A DNA stretch of 62,410 bases, the filler included, from Stramenopiles sp. TOSAG23-2 (lineage: Eukaryota): NCBI GenBank assembly GCA_900128395.1. It is 6 parts of 6 records of this genome, joined end to end, with 100 filler letters (N's around TTAATTAATTAA, not from the genome) between each part and the next. Parts side by side here need not be neighbours in the genome. Positions count along the whole stretch, not along the records: positions 52,101 to 62,410 come from LT650033.1; 5 more parts are not named here. One strand, given 5' to 3'. The notes under the pieces were generated by a model. The model saw nothing but the letters and a program-made list of their open reading frames with translations, was not told the DNA's origin and did no database searches. Made by a program: the position numbers and the translations under genes. Positions 54,478 to 62,410 of this stretch are shown here, piece after piece. Within the stretch, counting starts at the first letter, position 1; every line of letters starts with the position of its first letter.

Positions 54478-54758
54478 TTATAAAGCTAATGCATTATAAT
54501 CTTTTTTCTTTTTATGCACAGGTGGAAATCTAACCTTGTAACAAGCCAAACATATACAATATTCACACATATCACAGTAATATAAATGATCATCACCTGG
54601 TTTCTTGTTATCAAATAATAGACTGCCCTTACAATCATCACAATCATAAGCTAAATTATATGTATCCAAATATGTTTTTGTATTAGTTAATTTTGTCCAT
54701 TGTATAAATTGAGCACAACATGGACTATTATTATCACCACCATTAGTATTAGCTGTTT

Positions 54759-54790
<32 letters not shown>

Positions 54791-55407
54791 GAATTCATTA
54801 CATTACTATCACTACCACTTGAAATAGAACCACCACCATTATCATTATTACTACCACCAATTTTATTAATACTATCACCATCAACATTATTATTCCTGCC
54901 ACTACTAATACTACCACCATCAACAGAACTACTTTGCATCTTCCTTCTTTTGTTCAATTCTATTGTTGCTTTTTGTGTTTTACTGTAGAACCTTTTCTGG
55001 TTGTGGTAAAACTTTCTCAAATATTTAAATTTGAATGAATGATATAATGATATTGCAAAATTTCTGACATTCCTTAGCTCTTTATTTTGCATTTTATTGA
55101 TGAAGTCACTTAATGATGGTCTGTCCTCTAACACAACAGTGGTAAATTTTTCTTTAAAAAATTGAAATGGTTCAGAGTACATTACTATAAATTTCCATAT
55201 TTGTTTTTTCTCATCTGAAGTACTCAATTTTTTATTTATAGTTAAGTTGTCATTTTCAATTTCATTATAGTTTGCAATAATACAAGCCATATATGATTCC
55301 ATTTGCTTCTTCAGCAGTTCAAAATCCTGCCCATCATGTTCCAATTGTTTTAATGTTAATGTTCTAATGATATTGTCTGTTCCATATTTTTCTTGCACAA
55401 TCATCAT
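54478..55407 (-). CDS. Hypothetical protein with C-terminal ZZ/DC1-like zinc finger
   Basis: 309 aa; YDCDDC...YYCDMCEYCICLACY. Confidence 0.7.
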
Positions 55408-55744
55408 TATATATATAGATCAACTATTTGATCTATATATATATATATATATATATTAATATTTGTATGTGAAGTATATTTATATATTATATATAATATA
55501 TAAATATATATATATTATATATTACAGGCACATAATGGGCAACAAAAAAAATATATATATAGCATGATAATACCACACACTAAACAAATTTTAATTTAAA
55601 AAAATAACTGTCAAAATGTGCAAATTACTGTTAAATATATATAGAACCAGTCAACTTTTTTGAAATGGCATTTTATTGGCATGTAATTGGCATTTTAACA
55701 GCATCAGGAAATTCCCATTATAATTCAATTTTATTTTTTTTACT

Positions 55745-56128
55745 AAGTTAAAAAAAAGAAGCCCAAAGTACAACATATTGTATACTTTTGATAGGCAAAT
55801 TCAACTCACTGGTTGTTTTTTATTTTTCACTCACTCCCTAAAAAACATTGTCAATATTTTAAACACTATTGTTAATATACTTACAAGCATATTACCTATA
55901 TATAGAATATCAAATAAAAGCACAATATAATGTATATAATAATAATGGCAAGTTAAAAAAAAGAAGCCCAAAGTACAAAATATTGTATACTTTTGATAGG
56001 CAAATTCAACTCACCAGTTGTATTTGTTTTTTATTTTTATATTTTTTTTATATACTCAAGTTAAAAAAAAGAAGCCCAAAGTACACAATATTGTATACTT
56101 TTGATAGGCAAATTCAACTCACTGGTTG
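55745..56128. repeat. Three 71-bp direct repeats with an internal near-palindrome
   Basis: Copies at 55745-55815, 55950-56020 and 56058-56128; core AAAGTACACAATATTGTATACTTT. Confidence 0.92.
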
Positions 56129-56311
56129 TATTGTGGTTTTTTATTTTTATATTCACTCACTACTTGAATATTTTGCATTTACAAATAAATATATAATATA
56201 TATATATATATATAATATATGTATAGATATAGATAGATAAATATATTTATAAATAATATAATAGAGAGATAGATATATATATATATATATATCTATGTAT
56301 ATAAGAACAAA

Positions 56312-56752
56312 ATGGATACTGTATATGAAATTGGTGATTTGGTCTTATATCAGAATAAAAAAGGAGAAGTAGTTGAAATAATAAATGGAATAACAACAAC
56401 ATTTATTAAAATTGATTATGGTATATATAGAAAGTATAGAAAAACAATGATTGTTCCTATTTGTGATAAATCATTATCACAAATAGAAAAGAATCACCTG
56501 GACATGTTAGATGTCCTAACATCTGATGTAGAAATGCTGGTATGTGCTATAGAAGATGTAATAATAAATGCAAAATCATTGTATAAAGACATATATGATA
56601 TTCACACTCATGCAAAATCATTGTATAAAGACATATATGATAATCATTCTAATAATTATAATAAGAATAATATTACATATAAAAAATACTGTTTTTACAA
56701 AGAACAAATTTATATTGTATATGAAGAAGTAAAATTGTATATGAAGAAGTAA
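56312..56752 (+). CDS. Small hypothetical protein with an SH3/KOW-like beta-rich N-terminus; may be an exon of the next gene
   Basis: YEIGDLVLYQNKKGEVVEI; the 3' part consists of local duplications. Confidence 0.45.
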   Translation: MDTVYEIGDLVLYQNKKGEVVEIINGITTTFIKIDYGIYRKYRKTMIVPICDKSLSQIEKNHLDMLDVLTSDVEMLVCAIEDVIINAKSLYKDIYDIHTHAKSLYKDIYDNHSNNYNKNNITYKKYCFYKEQIYIVYEEVKLYMKK

Positions 56753-56766
56753 AATTTTTAATATAT

Positions 56767-59664
56767 ATGTATATCATATCAGTTTTTTTAAATAATATTT
56801 TTTTTGTATATGAAGAAGTAAAATTTTTAATATATATGTATATCATATCAGTTTTTTTAAGTAACATTTCAGCTGATGATGATGGGTGTGGTGGTGATGT
56901 GGTGATGGTTTCAGATGATGATGATGGTTGTGGTGATGCATGTGATACATGTGGTGGTATATGTTCATGGGAACATATACCACCAGCTATATTACGTGAG
57001 AGTATATTAAAAAATTTAATTAGTTATATGTCTCATAATAAAGTTATATTTAATTCTGCTGATCACAAAAAACAAATTGTTTTTGAGCTTGCTGATTTAT
57101 TTAAAATTTTCATGCAGCATCAACCAACCCATGCACTGTTTAAGGCAATTTTAACACACAATCTTCATGCATCAAAAACCTTAAGAGGCCTTTTGAGCTT
57201 GAATCAGTTGTTTGATTTGTTGACAAAACATGTTCCAGCAGAATTTAAGATCCCTGTTTCATTTATGCTAGATGGTGTGGCAGTATTAAACATTGAATCT
57301 GCCCTTGATGATTTAGCTGAGAAGAAACCAGAAGTGAAACAAACATTGAAGGAGTACAGGGAATTAGTACGTAAAGCACAGGGTGTTAGGACAACTGAGA
57401 TTGATACACTAATAAAAGCATTACTAAAAATTAAATTATTATTCTGGTATGATGATTATGCAAAAAACAATGTTGATAATCGTAATACCATTATGCAAAT
57501 GGTATTAGCCTTGTATCCTGATAGAGATAATGATACTTCCATGGCAGAATTTTATGCTTACAAGCATTTCTATTCCCTATCAACAGGTTACTCAAAAAAT
57601 GATAAAGGGTTTAATTCTGCAATGAAAAATATCCTGAAACAGTTCAAAGAACTTGAAGAGATTATTGAGGTTGTGCCTATGATGGATGGTATAGCCTTTT
57701 ATAAATTTTTTGGCATTTCTTCCACAAAAAGCCATGTAACAAAATATCGGGGAAAATGGACAAATTTGCAAAAAAATCCAGAATTTCTACCATGCAATAG
57801 CAGGCACAATGAACGCATGAAAGATGTCATCTCCAAATTGGGCACCCCTACTTTTGACATTAACAATAGCAACCATAATCAATTATGCAAATGTGGGTGT
57901 TATGATTTTGAAGTAGATGATTTAAAATGGAAACAAGCACCTTTATCAGATCATACTGTGCCTATTGCAGCCTGGGAGACTGTGGGTACAGCATCACTAA
58001 CATCAGAGTTTTTTATGGATAAAATAAGTACAATGCTTAATGCTGTTAAAGCTAAAAATAATAAAGGACGATTTGAGCAATTTGGTAGGGATTCTGGTAT
58101 AAGTGGTACAAATATTGATAGACTCTATAAAATGCTTGAAATATCTGATGCACTTAAAAAAGCACAAGAAGAAGGTCTTGATACAACAGATCTTGAAGCT
58201 CAATTTAAGGAAGTTGATATTACATTTATGTATAAAGATCGAGTACCTGGTATACAAGGAAGTATAGTTGGATGGATGCATTGCTGCCTATTTGGAGGAG
58301 GAAAATCAGGCATTTTAGCAATGATATTAATATTTTACAAGAAAGTAGCAGTATTGATAAAACAAAAATGCGAAAAATTATCAAAATTAGGAATCAGTTG
58401 GTTGAAAGCAATTAAAGGGAGTAATGTTCACGGAACATTTGCAATATTTCAAGCAGATGAAATTTTAACAATTCTTTATTTCTGGTGTTTCATAATGCAG
58501 GAACCAGAGAATGATGAACATGAAAGATTGAGAAAAATATGCTACCTACTCACGTCAATATATGGAGCAACAACAGCAGCATCTGAAGCAGCACCATTGA
58601 CATGGCAACGTCATGAATTAACAAAAGGTTTTTTGGGTGAATTTGATTTGATATTTGATCATGGTCGAAAAACAGGTACCTTAAACAACCATTCAAAAAC
58701 AGGTGCTTATGCATTCAATAAGCAGCGTGATATTAAGGTAAAGAGAGTTACTTGTATCTCACGGTGGTGGAGAAAAAAAGTTAGGGATAAAAAAAGGGAC
58801 TTTTTTCGTAACCAATGTAACAACTATGAAACAGATGATAGGGATAAACGTACTTTCCGACGTAATTTCCGAAAATATCTCTTAGCTGAGGATACAAAAA
58901 TACAAGACTTTTGGCAAAATTGGCAAGATCCAGCAACCCGTCGCGGAAAAGTAGAAGAGATTAGGAACTTTATACAGGAAAAGGCAGCACAAGGTGATTA
59001 CAAAAGTGGATACAAATTTTTTTTCTCAGAACGAGCTAATCATCCAATGTTTTTGGCTGCTGTAAATGATTATCGATATATTGAGGGAAATGATCGGGTA
59101 TTCGAAGGATACATAAGAAAAGTTAAACAATGGGCAAAACGGGCAAATACAGGATCTGATAACTGGCCACAGCATGTCCAGGACAAATATCATCTTTTAC
59201 AGAAACTGGATTTTATCTATCTTGAAAATGATGAGGATGATGGAAATACAAGCCGAAAACATTACAAACAAGGGAAAAAATTTGTTAATAATGGAACATA
59301 TGAGGATATGGATTTTATTTCAGGATATTTTGATAGAGAAAGAAATAAATTTTTTGCTTTGTACCATGATGGAATTAAGGTTGTGTCACCATTGGTTATT
59401 AATAATAAAGCGTTTAGTTTTAACATAAATCCAAATTTGTTTGGAGTGCAAGCAGAAATGGATATAATTACACCTAACAGTTCTGGAAAAATGAGATTGG
59501 GGAAAGAGGGATACGAAGCGGTAATTTTTGTAAAAACTTGGGAGCAATGCTATGTCTGTGTTACCCGACGATTAAAATTATTAAAATTGGACAAGGATAA
59601 CCAGGACCATTTTGAGTTTGTAGAGTTTTATGAAGGCTGTTGTGAGTTTTGTGTGTATAAATAA
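56767..59664 (+). CDS. Large orphan protein (~920-965 aa); true start uncertain (ATG at ~56905 or spliced)
   Basis: 2.9-kb uninterrupted ORF in AT-rich DNA; Cys clusters CGDACDTC, CKCGC, CCEFC; the first ~33 codons derive from a local duplication. Confidence 0.8.
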   Translation: MYIISVFLNNIFFVYEEVKFLIYMYIISVFLSNISADDDGCGGDVVMVSDDDDGCGDACDTCGGICSWEHIPPAILRESILKNLISYMSHNKVIFNSADHKKQIVFELADLFKIFMQHQPTHALFKAILTHNLHASKTLRGLLSLNQLFDLLTKHVPAEFKIPVSFMLDGVAVLNIESALDDLAEKKPEVKQTLKEYRELVRKAQGVRTTEIDTLIKALLKIKLLFWYDDYAKNNVDNRNTIMQMVLALYPDRDNDTSMAEFYAYKHFYSLSTGYSKNDKGFNSAMKNILKQFKELEEIIEVVPMMDGIAFYKFFGISSTKSHVTKYRGKWTNLQKNPEFLPCNSRHNERMKDVISKLGTPTFDINNSNHNQLCKCGCYDFEVDDLKWKQAPLSDHTVPIAAWETVGTASLTSEFFMDKISTMLNAVKAKNNKGRFEQFGRDSGISGTNIDRLYKMLEISDALKKAQEEGLDTTDLEAQFKEVDITFMYKDRVPGIQGSIVGWMHCCLFGGGKSGILAMILIFYKKVAVLIKQKCEKLSKLGISWLKAIKGSNVHGTFAIFQADEILTILYFWCFIMQEPENDEHERLRKICYLLTSIYGATTAASEAAPLTWQRHELTKGFLGEFDLIFDHGRKTGTLNNHSKTGAYAFNKQRDIKVKRVTCISRWWRKKVRDKKRDFFRNQCNNYETDDRDKRTFRRNFRKYLLAEDTKIQDFWQNWQDPATRRGKVEEIRNFIQEKAAQGDYKSGYKFFFSERANHPMFLAAVNDYRYIEGNDRVFEGYIRKVKQWAKRANTGSDNWPQHVQDKYHLLQKLDFIYLENDEDDGNTSRKHYKQGKKFVNNGTYEDMDFISGYFDRERNKFFALYHDGIKVVSPLVINNKAFSFNINPNLFGVQAEMDIITPNSSGKMRLGKEGYEAVIFVKTWEQCYVCVTRRLKLLKLDKDNQDHFEFVEFYEGCCEFCVYK

Positions 59665-59667
59665 ATG

Positions 59668-59950
59668 AGATGGCATCATAATGGCATGATAATGGCATTT
59701 TGTTGGCATTTATATAAATATGTTATCATTTATTTCAACGTGTTTTCTAAATATTACTTAATATCTCTGTTTTGGCATTAAAATGGCATTAAAATGGCAT
59801 TGTAATGGCATTCCATGGCATCAAGTTGGTCTTTTTGAAAAAAAAGTGTTGTAAGTTTTACAACAACAATAAATGCCATTATAATGCCATTATAATGCCA
59901 TTGGAATGCCAATACAATGCCATATCTACCTTAATTTTACCGAATGCCAT
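59668..59950. repeat. Opposed arrays of TGGCAT and ATGCCA (10-11-bp period) forming an imperfect inverted repeat
   Basis: TGGCAT arrays at 59668-59822; ATGCCA arrays at 59872-59950. Confidence 0.85.
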
Positions 59951-60182
59951 ACAGTTTCATACTGTAATAATTAAAAATATTATATCTTCTTTCTTCAAAT
60001 AAATAATAAAGCACTAAAAAAAAAAAATATAATAATTTATTATTATAATTGGACTATGATATATATTTATAAAATAATGAGTATGTCACATATGTTGCAT
60101 ATCCTGATATTTATATCTATCTATCTGCAAAATACAAAAAAACATCTCAAGTTTATTTGATCGATCCCACTTGCAGGAACAA

Positions 60183-61634
60183 ATGATGAAATATAATAAA
60201 GCAATCGTGTATACAATGCTGATGATGGCATTGTCATTACCAATCTCATATGCCTGGAGTAATCAATCAATTCATTATATAACAAACCAAACAACCTATT
60301 CACCAAATAAATATGGAAAATTACAACCAATGCCAGATTCAAAATTTAATAATAAAGCGCCAGAAATTCATTTATTACAATTATCAGGAAACGCAACGCA
60401 ACGCGGTTATGCACATGGGTATTTATTACATGAACAAATTATCGATTGGTCTGTCTTCTATTTATATAAATCCAATATGAAAGGTAATTTAACATATTAT
60501 AACTATATGTATAATTCATGGAACGACGCACAATTTATTGATAGTGAATTCAAATTTGAAGTAGATTCAATGTATCAAGGAATGATAGATGCTGCGAAAA
60601 TGTTTGGTGTTGATTTATTTGTTCCTGATTATGGTAGAATGTTCACCGTGAAGGATATTTATTTGATGAATGCATATTTAGAAGTAACACCAAACAATTC
60701 ATTTAAAACTCCAGGACCATTTGTAGGTGGAAAGGAAAAAAAATCACCAGCTTGCTCTCAATTTGTATTTTGGGGAGACGATTCGACATCCGAGACTTTA
60801 TCCGGCAGAAATATGGATGGTGAATGTGATGATACATACGTTACAGTCTCTCATTTGATTGTATTTGCCATATCTGGTTTGAATGAAAAGAGATTTATAT
60901 CAATAATGTGGCCTGGGCATGTAGGCGGATTGTCTTTATTTAATGAAGATGGATTATATATAATGTTAAATTGTGGATCGACTGGAGATTCAAAAGGAAA
61001 AGTTGGAACAACAACAAATGTTACAGGAATTGAATATTTTATGCGTACTGTTATATCTACAATGGATGGACATGATGCAAATCCATCTAATATTATGGCA
61101 CATATAGGTAAATATAAAAGTAGTACAGGTGGAATTAGTGGATCTGGAAGTATCCTTGTTTTTGCACGACCATCTATATCTAATACAGCATCCTCGTCTT
61201 ATGGTCCTCCTGGATTTGTTGTTGAAGTAGATCGGTATGGTGGTGAAATACGAACGAATACAGATGATAAATTTGTTGTTGCAACAAATCATTTTGTAAA
61301 ATATGGCGTAGATGAGAAGACAGACCCATCCCACGATAAATATTCTCCTTGGGAAAATTTTGGATTGCCAGTTGTTTCCCCTGGATCTACATCATGGTGG
61401 AGACATGCAGCAGTTTTAAATGCTGTACGATCTAAAATTAGAGTAAACAAAATGACTTCTGATTTTATTAATGCAAAACATATATTACAAAATGCTGGAC
61501 ATGGCACTACAGAACATTCCGTTATATTCTCTCCAAATAAAAAGCGTTTTGGAATTGCCGTTGCAATGCCATTTAAAGAATGGGATGCTCCGTATTTAGA
61601 TTGGTTTGAGTATGATTTTGAAGAGATGTTTTGA
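60183..61634 (+). CDS. Secreted Ntn-hydrolase, peptidase C45 / acyltransferase-like
   Basis: Signal peptide; G.ATQRGYAHGYLL, A|CSQF (candidate nucleophile Cys), GRNMD, NEDGL, ATNHF. Confidence 0.82.
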   Translation: MMKYNKAIVYTMLMMALSLPISYAWSNQSIHYITNQTTYSPNKYGKLQPMPDSKFNNKAPEIHLLQLSGNATQRGYAHGYLLHEQIIDWSVFYLYKSNMKGNLTYYNYMYNSWNDAQFIDSEFKFEVDSMYQGMIDAAKMFGVDLFVPDYGRMFTVKDIYLMNAYLEVTPNNSFKTPGPFVGGKEKKSPACSQFVFWGDDSTSETLSGRNMDGECDDTYVTVSHLIVFAISGLNEKRFISIMWPGHVGGLSLFNEDGLYIMLNCGSTGDSKGKVGTTTNVTGIEYFMRTVISTMDGHDANPSNIMAHIGKYKSSTGGISGSGSILVFARPSISNTASSSYGPPGFVVEVDRYGGEIRTNTDDKFVVATNHFVKYGVDEKTDPSHDKYSPWENFGLPVVSPGSTSWWRHAAVLNAVRSKIRVNKMTSDFINAKHILQNAGHGTTEHSVIFSPNKKRFGIAVAMPFKEWDAPYLDWFEYDFEEMF

Positions 61635-62220
61635 GATTTATAAATATGATTATGTTGTAGAAATTTATATTTTATATGTAATTTGTTTTTATGATTTGCA
61701 ACTTCCTTCTTGCATTTATAGATGTGCAGATCGGTAAATATATTTCACTTTTCGCTATCGATTCTATAAAATAGCAGTAGTAAGGTTTTACTTCAAGAAA
61801 TATTGATATATTATATAGCGCTATAGCACTATTAATACCTTATTAATAACATGCTGTGTCATTACAATCGGATATTCTGATATTTTCATAGTTAACAAGG
61901 GCCATGTTTGGTGTTTTGTAATTATCCAACATTCAACTATCAAATATACATAAATTGATATACTAAAGTTATACTAGTAGAGTCTCAAACCCATTTTTGC
62001 AGAAGGTCATCTTATTTTATACTAAAGGATATTTTGATTTTAATTTTTATACCGCCTATATTTACCTGGTAGAATATAAATAATTTTGAAAATTGAATTA
62101 ATATATATATATAGTTCGTACTAAGAAATAAATGAAGAAATGTTGAACCTAAGAGTACATATGCAGAGAGAGTGTGAAACATAACGTGTGTGTATATATA
62201 TATACATACATATATTCAAC

Positions 62221-62410
62221 ATGGCATCAATAACTACTAACCCGCCCCCTGCAAAGCGTCGACGTACGACATTACAACCAGCAACGATTGAAGCCTTGGA
62301 AGAAGAACGTGCTGAACCTATTGAAATTGGTATATTAGTTTTACCAGCTGGCTTTGAGTCTGCTTGCGGGATAATGACAAATATACTTCAATATTTAGAT
62401 ATTCGATCAT
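62221..62410 (+). CDS. 5' fragment of a nuclear protein, possibly F-box
   Basis: MASITTNPPPAKRRR (NLS-like)...IMTNILQYLDIRS, open to the window end; absent from the ORF track. Confidence 0.6.
   Translation, partial: MASITTNPPPAKRRRTTLQPATIEALEEERAEPIEIGILVLPAGFESACGIMTNILQYLDIRS

Larger units (their letters stand above)
54270..59950. mobile_element. Putative silenced mobile or foreign island (CpG-depleted, orphan ORFs, inverted ATGCCA/TGGCAT microrepeat borders)
   Basis: No CG found in 54152-56994; repeat arrays at both ends. No transposase or integrase recognised. Confidence 0.35.

Noticed and set aside
55745-56128. CRISPR array
   Set aside because: Repeats are 71 bp, spacers are unequal (134 and 37 bp) and partly similar to the flanks, there are no cas genes, and the context is eukaryotic.
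55869-56240. 123-aa ORF
   Set aside because: Non-ATG start; it is a translation of the 71-bp repeats and AT microsatellite.
56540-56872. Intron joining ORF 56312 to ORF 56767 via the GTATGT donor
   Set aside because: The donor is phase 0 but the nearby TCAG acceptors are phase 1; no confident model.
1-62410. tRNA or rRNA genes, transposases, viral hallmark genes, alternative genetic code
   Set aside because: None recognisable by eye. TAA, TAG and TGA all terminate conserved genes. Most short track ORFs are antisense or AT-rich noise.

Overview
This window is not one locus. It is six unrelated ~10.3-kb contigs (1-10325, 10426-20747, 20848-31168, 31269-41587, 41688-52000, 52101-62410), ordered by decreasing length and joined by artificial 100-nt linkers (44N-TTAATTAATTAA-44N). 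The DNA is AT-rich, gene-dense, intron-poor and eukaryotic: it carries RBM34, ENKD1, LIN54/tesmin, MROH1 and RCC1 genes and short GT-AG introns, two of them with CTAAC branch sites. A flagellated heterotrophic protist, possibly a marine stramenopile SAG/MAG, is my inference. Highlights: (1) a PduL-type phosphotransacylase, a bacterial microcompartment enzyme, in a host-like gene with a probable intron and mitochondrial-type leader; (2) a complete GAL4-type Zn2Cys6 transcription factor hidden from the ORF track by an intron; (3) a ~5.5-kb island with a 2.8-kb CpG-free stretch, orphan ORFs, palindromic 71-bp repeats and inverted microrepeat borders, abutting a bacterial-looking SDR gene; (4) a toxin-like protein combining a glycine zipper, cationic repeats and a lipase; (5) a giant protein with ~17 WW-like repeats, TRAF fingers and a Gly-rich domain. 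Several truncations and duplications may be assembly artefacts. All assignments are by eye, without database searches.
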